Part shown: positions 1-8,468 of the stretch, piece by piece | How positions within the stretch are numbered: position 1 is the stretch's first letter | Layout: every line of letters starts with the position of its first letter | From: Clostridiales bacterium | GTDB taxonomy: Bacteria > Bacillota > Clostridia > Christensenellales > CAG-138 | Length of the DNA: 64,000 bases | Reading direction: 5' to 3' | NCBI GenBank assembly: GCA_024698505.1 | Contig: JAILRE010000003.1 | Location: 6,214-70,213, forward strand | The notes under the pieces: generated by a model | The model's database searches: none | Told to the model about the DNA's origin: nothing | Seen by the model: the letters and a program-made list of their open reading frames with translations, nothing else | Position numbers and translations under genes: made by a program

Positions 1-2
1 AA

Positions 3-27
3 GCCTCCGATTTTTCGGAGGCTTTTT
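3..27 (+). terminator. Rho-independent terminator of an upstream gene outside the window
   Basis: 8-bp stem GCCTCCGA/TCGGAGGC (3-10 / 15-22), 4-nt loop, then TTTTT (23-27). Confidence 0.7.
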
Positions 28-130
28 CATTGAGAGCTTGGAAGAACGAAAAGGCCTCTCTTTTTCCTCTTTTGCCCGTGACTTCGGATCGGATCCGTCG
101 CCGAATGCTTGCTTGCCATCTTTTGTTCAG

Positions 131-154
131 AAAATATTATACAAAATATTATAC
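131..154. repeat. Perfect 12-bp tandem direct repeat (AAAATATTATAC x2) just upstream of a -35 box
   Basis: 131-142 and 143-154 are identical. The repeat ends 6 nt before TTGAAA at 161. Confidence 0.9.
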
Positions 155-160
155 CAATAC

Positions 161-189
161 TTGAAATGAGAGCCCGATGATGATACAAT
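161..189 (+). promoter_or_regulatory. Sigma-A-type promoter candidate for the dockerin-protein gene
   Basis: TTGAAA(161-166)-17 nt-TACAAT(184-189). Leaves a ~95-nt GC-rich leader before the SD at 278-283. Confidence 0.45.
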
Positions 190-291
190 AAAGGGGTATA
201 AAAAGATTGTGCGTCCGTCCCCGTACGCAGCCCGCGGGCGGGGGAGGGCACAGGGTCGATTTTACAATACTATAATCAGGAGGGAAACCTT

Positions 292-3200
292 ATGACTAGG
301 AGAATCATTGGTATTCTCGTCGCGCTGATCATGGTGATGGCTCTTATCCCCATGAACGCGCTGGCAAAGGAAGCGGATGCCAAGTCCACTGCCAATCCCC
401 CGAAGCAGGGGACGGTCGTGCGTGCTGAAGATGACTATGAACTGCCGGCCGAAGGCTGCGCAAGGGTCATCCTTACTGCTGGCGACGTCTGGAACGACGG
501 TTCCGGCTATCAGATGCTTCTTGACGCCGACGCTAACGCTTTCGGTACCATAATCCCCGAAACCGGCGCGCTTACCTCTTCCGGTGACGTATCCGACTCT
601 GTTTATGCCGAGTTCGAGTACAAGATCCCCGAAAACGCGGACGGCGCTCTTGCGACGACCAATATCGTTATGAACGACTCCGTCGCGATCGAGATCCCCG
701 CCGGCACCTATGACTGGTGCATCACCAACCCCACTCCCGGCGACTGTATGTGGATCGCTTCCTCTAACGGTTCTATCGGCGGTCGTTATGACGATTATGA
801 GTTCGAAGAGGGCTTCACCTATGAGTTCACCGTTTCCCTCGGCGGACAGAATGATCAGACCGATCTCACGATAATCGATCCGACCGGCGCCGAGATAACT
901 CCCGAGCCCATAGTCCTTCCCGAGGGCTGCATCGCGGGTTACTACTTCGAGTCCTCTGCCGAGGTCGCCGGCTTCCAGCTTGTTGACGCCGACGGCGACC
1001 TCGAATGCTGGTCTCTCTTCAGCGATGCGGATTATGCGCATGAGGGCGAAGGCATGCTCGGCCAGAAGTACAGCGCCGATCCCGATGACTGGGTGTTTGC
1101 TCCCAATTTCGTCGTTCCCGATATCGACGCCCGCGTGACCTTCTGGGCGAGAGAGCTCTCCAGCGCTTACGGCGATGAAACGATCCAGGCCTACATCGGC
1201 TCTGTTTTTGATGTTTCCGAGATGGTAGCGCTCGGCGAACCCTACGTCTGCACGACCGAATACGTTGAGCTCGAATACGATCTCTCCGCATATGCCGGTC
1301 AGGAAGTATTCTTCGCTATCCGCCACTTCAACAGCCCGGATACTTTGTATGTATTCGTTGACCAGCTCGAGTTCTGGGGCACCTACAATGAACCCGATCC
1401 TACCGAGGAGCCCGATCCCACCGAAGTTCCCGGCACCGAGCCGCCCGTGGATCCCACCGAAGTTCCCGGCACTGAGGAGCCCATCATCATCGACACCATC
1501 GAGATCAACGATTTCGTAGTTCCCGAGTGGGGCGCGGATCCCTTCTATAACGTGACCGTTCCTGAGGGCGCTCCCTATTCCGTTGATTACACCGATTGGA
1601 ACTGGTGGGATTATGACCTTGATGACGGCGACATAATGTATGAAGGAGACCTCTTCGATAACGAAGGCTGCGTCTACTACCAGTATTTCGAGATCGTTCC
1701 CGCCGAGGGTTATGCCTTTGCGGATGAAGTGACCGTGCTCATCAACGGCGAAGCGACCTACGTCGAGAACGGCGGTCTCAGCCAGATGGGCTATTACTGG
1801 TTCTACACCGTCGACTTCGAAGTCGAAGAGCCTGCAGAGCCCACCGAGCCTCCCGTTGAGCCCACCGAGCCTCCCGTTGAGCCCACCGAGCCCCCCGTTG
1901 AGCCCACCGAGGGTCCCGAAATGAGCGATCTCGACCGCGCTCTCAATATCGAGGGCGGCACGCTCCATTTTGACACCACCGAGAGCTATCCCTGGATCAC
2001 CGCCACCGAAGGCGACCGCTTCTACGCTATGAGCGGCAACGCCGGCGTTTCCAGCAGTACCTCCAGCATCACCACCGTTGTGAATGTTGAGGCGGGCGAC
2101 GTCGTCCAGTTCGACTTCAAGGCCTGGGGCGAAGGCACGTCTTCCTTCTGGGATCACTGCGACTTCTACGTGAATGAGACCCGCGTCCTCTACTACGGCG
2201 CTTATGACAACGATTGGGAGACCTTCGTTTACGCCTTCGAAGCGGCCGGTGAGTACACCCTCACCTGGTCCTACACGAAGGACAGCTCCGTCAACCCCAC
2301 AGGCGACTATTTCGCGGTCGATAACGTCTATGTAGGCGAACCCGTCCTTCCCGAGGTGATCAACGTTGAGGACGTTACCGTTAAGGCAGGCCGCACTGCG
2401 AAGCTTGATTACAAGGTCCTGCCCGAGTACGCCGCCGATCTCTCCGTCACCTTCGAGATCGCCGATACCTCCATCGCGACCGTTGACGAGACCGGCACGA
2501 TCCACGGCGTTGCCGTCGGCGAGACCACCATCACCGTCACCAGCGTGGCCGATCCCACCGTTTCCGGCACCGCGACGATCACCGTCACCGAGCCCGATCC
2601 CGAGGTCACCCTTTACGGCTTCGCTACCTACGATATGGGCAGCAACTTCACCGGGAAATGGGTCACCTTCACCGACAGGGATCCCGGCACCGTAGCCTCG
2701 TATGGCGAAGCGGACGACGTCTATGCCGCAGCTTATTACGACGGCTTCGTCTACGGCATCCGCTGGTCTGACAAAGCACTCTTCAAGATGGATCCCGAGA
2801 CCTGCGAGACAGAGTATTTCACGGATGCTACCATTCCCGACACCGCTCTCGATATGGCGTACAATTATGCGAACCACACGATGTACGTGCTAACGCAGAA
2901 CGGCGACACCTATGCGACAGAGCTCTACACCGTCGACCTTGATACCCATGAATTCACTCAGGTATGCGAGCTTTCCGATCTCGAGAGCGGCTCCATCATT
3001 ACCCTGGCGATCGACGGCGAGGGCAACGCCTACGGCAGCAACACCTCCGGATTGGACGCAGGTCTTTACAGCATCAACCTTGAGACCGGCGAGTGCACGC
3101 TGATCGGCCAGACCGGCGTTCCGATGAACTACATCCAGAGCATGCACTGGGATATGAACACCGGCAGGCTCTTCTGGGCGCAGATTTTCAGCACCACCGC

Positions 3201-3918
3201 CCATGGTCTGTACGAGATCGATCCCGAGACCGGCGCAGCCGATCTCCTCGGCACGATCGGCTCCAGAGGCATGGAGATCACCGGCCTGTACACGATCTAT
3301 GACGAAAGCACCGAGCCCGAGCTCATCCCGATCCACGAGGTCTACGTTGACGGTTGGGGCACCCCCGTTGAGGGCGTTGCCGGTATCGACCATGTATTCC
3401 TCGAGACCCCCGAAGACGCTCCCTACTACATCGCCTACGGCGGCTGGCGCGATGAGACCGACCAGCAGCAGATGTACAGCGACGAGCATATCTTCATCGC
3501 GGGCCACGAGTATTCCGAGGGCGCTCAGATCTGGGCGGAAGAGGGCTACTACTTCGCCGAGGACTGCGTATTCTACGCGGACGGCGGCACCGAGATCCTC
3601 GATATGCAGTGGTGCTACGTTGACGAGGATGTCAACTGGATCTGCTACATGAACATTCTGCCCGTCGTATGCGAAGGCTCCGCGAGCATCGTCTGGGGCG
3701 ACGCGAACGGCGACGGCGAAGTCACCTCCGCAGATGTACTGCTCACCATGCGTTACGTCCAGGGCCTCGACAACATCCTCGATGAGAACATGCCCGTTGT
3801 CGACGTCAACGGCGACGGCACAGTCGACATGGCCGACGCTCTGCTCATTGCCCGTTACGTCATGAACTACATCGATCACTTCCCCGTGGAAGAGGTCGAG
3901 GAGCCCGTTGGCGAATAA
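292..3918 (+). CDS. Secreted multi-domain surface protein with C-terminal type-I dockerin (gingipain-type adhesin-like modules, Big_2 Ig-like domain, propeller-like region)
   Basis: 1208-aa ORF with AGGAGG 8 nt upstream of the ATG. Signal peptide MTRRIIGILVALIMVMALIPMNALA. GDVWNDGSGYQMLLDADANAFG resembles gingipain/HagA adhesin (DUF2436-like) modules. Two Pro/Thr linkers. Big_2-like VKAGRTAKLDYKVLP...TATITVT. Duplicated dockerin Ca-loops DANGDGEVTSADV and DVNGDGTVDMADA (nt ~3691-3873). Confidence 0.85.
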   Translation: MTRRIIGILVALIMVMALIPMNALAKEADAKSTANPPKQGTVVRAEDDYELPAEGCARVILTAGDVWNDGSGYQMLLDADANAFGTIIPETGALTSSGDVSDSVYAEFEYKIPENADGALATTNIVMNDSVAIEIPAGTYDWCITNPTPGDCMWIASSNGSIGGRYDDYEFEEGFTYEFTVSLGGQNDQTDLTIIDPTGAEITPEPIVLPEGCIAGYYFESSAEVAGFQLVDADGDLECWSLFSDADYAHEGEGMLGQKYSADPDDWVFAPNFVVPDIDARVTFWARELSSAYGDETIQAYIGSVFDVSEMVALGEPYVCTTEYVELEYDLSAYAGQEVFFAIRHFNSPDTLYVFVDQLEFWGTYNEPDPTEEPDPTEVPGTEPPVDPTEVPGTEEPIIIDTIEINDFVVPEWGADPFYNVTVPEGAPYSVDYTDWNWWDYDLDDGDIMYEGDLFDNEGCVYYQYFEIVPAEGYAFADEVTVLINGEATYVENGGLSQMGYYWFYTVDFEVEEPAEPTEPPVEPTEPPVEPTEPPVEPTEGPEMSDLDRALNIEGGTLHFDTTESYPWITATEGDRFYAMSGNAGVSSSTSSITTVVNVEAGDVVQFDFKAWGEGTSSFWDHCDFYVNETRVLYYGAYDNDWETFVYAFEAAGEYTLTWSYTKDSSVNPTGDYFAVDNVYVGEPVLPEVINVEDVTVKAGRTAKLDYKVLPEYAADLSVTFEIADTSIATVDETGTIHGVAVGETTITVTSVADPTVSGTATITVTEPDPEVTLYGFATYDMGSNFTGKWVTFTDRDPGTVASYGEADDVYAAAYYDGFVYGIRWSDKALFKMDPETCETEYFTDATIPDTALDMAYNYANHTMYVLTQNGDTYATELYTVDLDTHEFTQVCELSDLESGSIITLAIDGEGNAYGSNTSGLDAGLYSINLETGECTLIGQTGVPMNYIQSMHWDMNTGRLFWAQIFSTTAHGLYEIDPETGAADLLGTIGSRGMEITGLYTIYDESTEPELIPIHEVYVDGWGTPVEGVAGIDHVFLETPEDAPYYIAYGGWRDETDQQQMYSDEHIFIAGHEYSEGAQIWAEEGYYFAEDCVFYADGGTEILDMQWCYVDEDVNWICYMNILPVVCEGSASIVWGDANGDGEVTSADVLLTMRYVQGLDNILDENMPVVDVNGDGTVDMADALLIARYVMNYIDHFPVEEVEEPVGE
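1390..1485 (+). repeat. Coding Pro/Thr/Glu linker repeat
   Basis: 27-nt copies GATCCCACCGAAGTTCCCGGCAC(C/T)GAG at 1414-1440 and 1450-1476 match at 26/27. Encodes EPDPTE...DPTEVPGTE. Confidence 0.85.
1837..1911 (+). repeat. Coding 21-bp tandem repeat (EPTEPPV x about 3.5)
   Basis: Units at 1837-1857, 1858-1878 and 1879-1899, plus a partial unit to 1911. Near-identical at the DNA level. Confidence 0.9.
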
Positions 3919-3946
3919 TAACGGATGAACTGAACCAAGACTCAAA

Positions 3947-3977
3947 GCGGCCCGCCGTTCACGGCGGGCCGCTTTTC
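3947..3977 (+). terminator. Rho-independent terminator of the dockerin-protein gene
   Basis: 11-bp stem GCGGCCCGCCG/CGGCGGGCCGC, loop TTCA, then TTTT. Confidence 0.85.
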
Positions 3978-4084
3978 CGTTCAAAATAAAAACAATATAG
4001 CCGAACTGATGCCACATTCGGGCCATAATGGGGTTGTATAATGGTAGCGTAAAATAATGCGGAGTATCCGCAAAAGGACGGTCT

Positions 4085-5869
4085 ATGATCAAAGCAAAAA
4101 GGATGATCGCGCTCGTTATCGCGCTCATAATGGCGGCGGGGCTCGCCGCATGCAAAAAGACGGAGCCCATTCAGGGAGACAGCGAGGCCTACGGCGGCCT
4201 TTTCGACACCTCGAAGGTGCATGAGATAAACGTCGAGATATCCGAGGAGGATTGGGCTGATCTTCTGAAGAACCCCCTGAGCAAGACCAAGTACAAGGTC
4301 AACGTCACGATAGACGGCAACGCCGTATCGAACGTTTCGTTCGCCACGAAGGGGAACACCTCGCTTTCGCAGGTCGCCTCCTCCGATTCGGACAGGTACA
4401 GCTTCAAGATCAACTTCGGCAAATACGAGAAGGGACAGACCTATTTCGGCCTCGATAAGCTCAATCTCAACAATATCATGTCTGACGCGACGTACATGAA
4501 GGACTACCTTTCATACACGATAATGCGCCAAGCCGGCGTTTACGCGCCGCTCATCAGCTACGTTTCGCTCTCGATAAACGGCGAGCTCCACGGCCTCTAT
4601 ATCGCGATAGAGAACGTTTCCGAGTCCTTCCTCGAGAGGAACTTCGGAAGCGAAACGGGCGCCCTCTACAAGCCCGAGACTGAGCGCCTCGATAATATCG
4701 GGCAGGACCGCCCCGACGGCTTCCAAGGCGAAGGCCAGACGCCCGAAGGCACGCCTCCCTCGGGCATCCAAGGCGATGGCCAAACGCCCGATGGCACGCC
4801 TCCCGCGGGCATCCCCGGCGATGGCCAAACGCCCGAAGGCACGCCTCCCGCTGGCTTCCCCGGAGACGCCCAGACGCCCGAAGGCACGCCTCCCGCTGGC
4901 TTCCCCGGCGGGCAGGGCGAAGACCGCCCGGGCTTCCCCGGCGACATGGGCGGCGACAGCGCGGGCGCGGATCTCGTCTATAAGGACGACGAGATAGAAA
5001 GCTATTCCGCGATATTCGACAACGAGGAGACCAAGGTCACGAAGACCGACGAGCTCGAGCTCATAGAGGCGATAAAGGCGCTTTCCACGGGCGAGGATAT
5101 AGGCAAATACTGGGACGTGGATCAGATCGCGAGATACTTCGCGGCGCATAATTTCGTACTCAATTACGACAGCTACACCGGCACGATGCTCCATAATTAC
5201 TACCTCTTCGAGAACGAGGGCAGGGTGACGGTATTCCCATGGGATTACAACCTCGCGTTCGGCGGCTTCATGGGCGCGGACGACGCCTCCTCCGCCGTGA
5301 ACCGCGGCATCGATTCGCCGCTTCTCGGCACGACCGAGGACGCGCGCCCCCTTTGGAAGGCGATAGCGGATAACGAAGAATACCTCGCGCTGTATCACAA
5401 GTATTTCGACGAGATGATAAAGAACTTCTTCGAGAGCGGCGCCTGCAAGAAGGAGATCGAGCGCGTTGCGGATATGATAAAGCCCTACGTGGAGAAGGAT
5501 CCCACGGCTTTCTACACGGCCGATCAGTTCGAGACAGCCGTTAAGACGCTGAAGGAGTTCGTTTCCCTCCGCGCCCAGAGCATAAGGAAGCAGCTTGACG
5601 GCAAGCTCGGCACGACGACCGAAACGCAGGATTCGAAGGATCTTGTTAAGGCCGACGGCCTCGATATGAAGTCCATGGGCACTCAGGGCGGCGGCAGTCC
5701 CGGCGGCCAGGGAGGCCCCGGAGGCCAAGGCGGTCCCGGCGGTCAAGGCGGCCCCGGAGGCCAGGGAGGCCCCGGAGGACAAGGTAGCCCGGGAGGCAAC
5801 CCGCCCGGCGGACAGGGCGGCCCGGGAGGCAATCCCCCGGACGGCACTCCGCCAAGCGGCAATCCGTAA
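4085..5869 (+). CDS. CotH-family (spore coat protein H-like kinase fold) lipoprotein with a Pro/Gly-rich repeat insert and a Gly-rich tail
   Basis: 594-aa ORF. Lipobox L20-A-A-C23. CotH-like motifs LNLNNIMSDATYMKDYLSY, ELHGLYIAIENV and FPWDYNLAFGG. Internal 4 x 15-aa repeat and C-terminal (GGQGGP)n. Confidence 0.8.
   Translation: MIKAKRMIALVIALIMAAGLAACKKTEPIQGDSEAYGGLFDTSKVHEINVEISEEDWADLLKNPLSKTKYKVNVTIDGNAVSNVSFATKGNTSLSQVASSDSDRYSFKINFGKYEKGQTYFGLDKLNLNNIMSDATYMKDYLSYTIMRQAGVYAPLISYVSLSINGELHGLYIAIENVSESFLERNFGSETGALYKPETERLDNIGQDRPDGFQGEGQTPEGTPPSGIQGDGQTPDGTPPAGIPGDGQTPEGTPPAGFPGDAQTPEGTPPAGFPGGQGEDRPGFPGDMGGDSAGADLVYKDDEIESYSAIFDNEETKVTKTDELELIEAIKALSTGEDIGKYWDVDQIARYFAAHNFVLNYDSYTGTMLHNYYLFENEGRVTVFPWDYNLAFGGFMGADDASSAVNRGIDSPLLGTTEDARPLWKAIADNEEYLALYHKYFDEMIKNFFESGACKKEIERVADMIKPYVEKDPTAFYTADQFETAVKTLKEFVSLRAQSIRKQLDGKLGTTTETQDSKDLVKADGLDMKSMGTQGGGSPGGQGGPGGQGGPGGQGGPGGQGGPGGQGSPGGNPPGGQGGPGGNPPDGTPPSGNP
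4718..4897 (+). repeat. Coding 45-bp tandem repeat x4 (G-x-x-G-D/E-G-Q-T-P-E/D-G-T-P-P-A/S)
   Basis: In-frame units start at 4718, 4763, 4808 and 4853. A degenerate continuation runs to ~4945. Confidence 0.9.
5687..5866 (+). repeat. Coding 18-bp-period low-complexity repeat (GGQGGP)n at the CotH C-terminus
   Basis: Translated tail is GGGSPGGQGGPGGQGGPGGQGGPGGQGSPGGNPPGGQGGPGGNPPDG. Confidence 0.85.
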
Positions 5870-5872
5870 CAT

Positions 5873-5900
5873 AAAAAAAGCGCCCGCTGGGCGCTTTTTT
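5873..5900. terminator. Bidirectional terminator between cotH-like (+) and the flavodoxin gene (-)
   Basis: Stem AGCGCCC/GGGCGCT with a 3-nt loop, flanked by an A-run (5873-5879) and a T-run (5895-5900). Confidence 0.8.
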
Positions 5901-5908
5901 GTGTCTGT

Positions 5909-6394
5909 TTATGAAAGCTTTTCGCAGAACTCGGCGATCAGCTTTTCGTTCGCTTCGGAGGGCTTTGCGAGGGGATCGATCAGCGCGGTCTCGGCTGCGA
6001 AATTTTCTACGCCTATGAGCTTTTTCAGCTTTTCGCAGGCCTTGTCCGCGCCTCCTCCGCTGAAACAGAAGAACACGGCGAGGCTCTTTTCCTTCAGCTC
6101 TTCCGCGTGCGCCTTTACGAAGGTGCGCATGGGCGGGGTGATATTGCTCGCCCAGACGGGCGTGCCGAGTATCACCCTGTCATAATTCGCGGCGTCGAAG
6201 GAGCAGGGGAGGAGCTTCGGCTCCTCGCGCATGACTGCGCTCTTGCCGCCCCAAAAGAACTTCTTGAAGCCCTTGTCGGGGAACTCCTTTTCGGGCGCGA
6301 TCCTTATTATATCGGCTCCCAAACGCGCGGCGATCTTCTCCGCGGCGTTATCGACGTTCCCGGTTAGCGAGTAATAAACTATTGCCGTTCTCAT
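5909..6394 (-). CDS. Flavodoxin family protein
   Basis: 161 aa. N-terminus MRTAIVYYSLTGNV is a flavodoxin-type phosphate-binding loop. Short alpha/beta layout. Confidence 0.8.
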   Translation of the reverse strand: MRTAIVYYSLTGNVDNAAEKIAARLGADIIRIAPEKEFPDKGFKKFFWGGKSAVMREEPKLLPCSFDAANYDRVILGTPVWASNITPPMRTFVKAHAEELKEKSLAVFFCFSGGGADKACEKLKKLIGVENFAAETALIDPLAKPSEANEKLIAEFCEKLS

Positions 6395-6416
6395 GCTGAC
6401 AGGCTCTCGTTTCAGA

Positions 6417-6974
6417 TCAAAGCTTTTCCGGCATATCGGCGGCGGGGTCTGCCGTCTTGACGGATGCGCCGTACCTGCAGATGACCGCGGTGATGAGGAA
6501 CGCTATGCCGAGGCCGAGGGAGGATACGCCGTACTCCAGCTTCATGTCCGCGATGCCGGGGAAGTACCTCTTTGCGATGGCAAGGCCAATCGCGATCACG
6601 ATACCTGCGCCGATCGAGAAGGCGATGGAGAGGATGCCGAGATCGCGAAGCTCGGTGGCGAGCTTATCGGTGAAGGGCTGGCCTTCGGCAAGCTCATGCT
6701 TGAAATAGTTCACGGCCTTCTTGGAGAGGATGATCTCCAGTATGAGAGAAAGGCCCGCTATCGCCATGGAGGCGTACATTGTCTCCTTATTGAGCTCGGG
6801 CATGTCGTAGATCTGGATCGTGGTGGAGTTAAGATCGAAGGACTCGGGCAGGAATATCATGCAGAGGGTGCCGAGCGCGCAGAGAACGAGGCCGACGATG
6901 CAGATGATGAACACGATCTTGGAAAGCACCTTGCCGATCTTGGCGAGGGTCTGGATGGTTTTCAGGCTTTTCAT
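6417..6974 (-). CDS. Hypothetical 4-TM membrane protein (DUF2975-like by appearance)
   Basis: 185 aa with four hydrophobic segments. GGAG-type SD upstream. Lies 22 nt upstream of the flavodoxin gene on the same strand. Confidence 0.55.
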   Translation of the reverse strand: MKSLKTIQTLAKIGKVLSKIVFIICIVGLVLCALGTLCMIFLPESFDLNSTTIQIYDMPELNKETMYASMAIAGLSLILEIILSKKAVNYFKHELAEGQPFTDKLATELRDLGILSIAFSIGAGIVIAIGLAIAKRYFPGIADMKLEYGVSSLGLGIAFLITAVICRYGASVKTADPAADMPEKL

Positions 6975-7010
6975 AACAATATTCTCCTTTTTTTATAATG
7001 CCTTGACGGT

Positions 7011-7039
7011 ATTATATTCCATTCGGGGCGGGAATTCAA
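7011..7039 (-). promoter_or_regulatory. Sigma-A-type promoter for the membrane protein-flavodoxin operon
   Basis: On the minus strand: TTGAAT(7039-7034)-17 nt-TATAAT(7016-7011). Confidence 0.55.
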
Positions 7040-7083
7040 TCTCTTAAATGTATCTTTTTTTCGTCTTGTGACGCAATATATAT

Positions 7084-7112
7084 TTGACACTTTGAGCCAA
7101 CAGGACTATAAT
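7084..7112 (+). promoter_or_regulatory. Sigma-A-type promoter for the aminotransferase-tdh-kbl genes
   Basis: TTGACA(7084-7089)-17 nt-TATAAT(7107-7112). Confidence 0.7.
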
Positions 7113-7162
7113 TTATCTGGTATGTGGATACCGATTATTTTGAGCGGAGGTTTGATCATCCT

Positions 7163-8443
7163 ATGCCTACTGTTTTCGAAATGACCCGTGAAGAGCAGGA
7201 GTCTCTTTACAAAGCCACCCTCGCGCAGTATGAGGAATACAAGGCCAAGGGCCTTAAGCTCGATATGTCCAGGGGCAAGCCCGGGCTCGATCAGCTGGCT
7301 CTTTCCGACGAGATGCTGAATATGTATATCGACCCGTCCGAGACCAAGATGGACGGCGTTGAAGCAAGGAACTACGGTGAGCTCATGGGTATGCCCGCGT
7401 GCCGCCGTCTTTTTGCGGAACTGCTCGGCGTCAAGTACGAGGAGGTCTTCGTGGGCGGCAGCGCTTCGCTGGAGCTCATGTATGACGTAATCGCCAAGGC
7501 CTACACTCACGGCCTTTTGCATTCCCCCGAAAAATGGGCTAAGCTCGACAAGGTCAAGTTCCTCTGTCCCGCTCCCGGTTATGACAGGCATTTCACCATT
7601 TCCGATACCTTCGGCATGGAAATGATCACGATCCCCCTCCTTGAGGACGGCCCCGATATGGATATGGTAGAGGAGCTCATCAAGGATCCGACCGTTAAGG
7701 GCATGTGGTGCGTTCCCAAGTACTCCAACCCCGACGGCGTAGTTTACAGCGAGAAGACGGTCTACCGCATCGCCAACATGAAGCCCGCGGCTCCCGATTT
7801 CCTGCTCATGTGGGATAACGCCTACTGCGTGCATGAGTTCGAGGGCAATTTCGTTCCCTTCATAAATATCCTCGAGGCCTGCCGTCTTGCGGGCAGCCCC
7901 GATATGGTTTTCGAATTCGCTTCCACCTCCAAGATCACGTTCCCAGGCGCGGGCGTTTCCTGCTTCTGCTGCTCCGAGGCGAACATGGCCTATATGAAGA
8001 AGCTCTGGAACGCGCAGATAATCAGCTACGACAAGCTCAATCAGCTCCGTCACGTCAAGTTCTTCGGCAACGCCGCGGGCGTGCTCGCTCACATGAAGAA
8101 GCACGCGGCTGTGCTCAAGCCCAAGTTCGATATAGTGCTCGATACCCTCGAGCAGGAGATAGCGCCCCTCGGTATCGCCACCTGGCATAAGCCGACAGGA
8201 GGCTACTTCGTATCCCTCAACACGATGGAGGGCTGCGCCAAGCGCGTGCACGAGCTCTGCAAAAACGCGGGCGTGGTAATGACCGGCGCCGGCGCGACCT
8301 TCCCCTACAAGAACGATCCCAAGAACAGCAATCTCCGTATAGCCCCCAGCTTCCCGCCCTGCGATGAGCTTGCCGAGGCAATGCAGGTGCTCTGCATCGC
8401 CATAAAGCTCGCCGCGCTCGAAAAGCTGCTGACCATAAACTAA
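7163..8443 (+). CDS. Class I/II fold PLP-dependent aminotransferase
   Basis: The ORF is open from GTG 7124, but the promoter at 7084-7112 leaves no room for an SD there. ATG 7163 follows GGAGG (7146-7150). Aminotransferase-like sequence includes the candidate PLP-Lys region [11 protein letters not shown]. Confidence 0.75.
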   Translation: MPTVFEMTREEQESLYKATLAQYEEYKAKGLKLDMSRGKPGLDQLALSDEMLNMYIDPSETKMDGVEARNYGELMGMPACRRLFAELLGVKYEEVFVGGSASLELMYDVIAKAYTHGLLHSPEKWAKLDKVKFLCPAPGYDRHFTISDTFGMEMITIPLLEDGPDMDMVEELIKDPTVKGMWCVPKYSNPDGVVYSEKTVYRIANMKPAAPDFLLMWDNAYCVHEFEGNFVPFINILEACRLAGSPDMVFEFASTSKITFPGAGVSCFCCSEANMAYMKKLWNAQIISYDKLNQLRHVKFFGNAAGVLAHMKKHAAVLKPKFDIVLDTLEQEIAPLGIATWHKPTGGYFVSLNTMEGCAKRVHELCKNAGVVMTGAGATFPYKNDPKNSNLRIAPSFPPCDELAEAMQVLCIAIKLAALEKLLTIN

Positions 8444-8468
8444 TTTCGAAAAAAGGACGGCAAAGACT

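Noticed and set aside
27-251. 74-aa ORF on the minus strand in the first intergenic region
   Set aside because: It has a GTG start with no SD, an A+T-rich low-complexity translation, and overlaps the promoter and leader of the dockerin-protein gene.
271-276. TATAAT hexamer immediately upstream of the dockerin-protein gene as its promoter
   Set aside because: It ends 1 nt before the strong SD (AGGAGG 278-283), so a transcript starting downstream of it would lack the SD. The promoter at 161-189 fits better.
262-2877. Very long antisense ORFs overlapping confident genes, e.g. 262-2877(-), 2890-4170(-), 4511-5872(-), 8217-10727(-), 20577-22310(+), 26552-28378(-), 51987-54284(-) and 60736-61941(+)
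   Set aside because: These are typical shadow ORFs of high-G+C DNA. Their translations are low-complexity and Ala/Gly/Arg/Val-rich, with no motifs. In every case the opposite strand encodes a recognisable conserved protein.
4718-5866. Regular short repeats that could be mistaken for a CRISPR array or satellite (also 1390-1911)
   Set aside because: All of them are in frame within long ORFs and encode Pro/Thr or Gly/Pro/Gln linkers. There is no repeat-spacer architecture and there are no cas genes.
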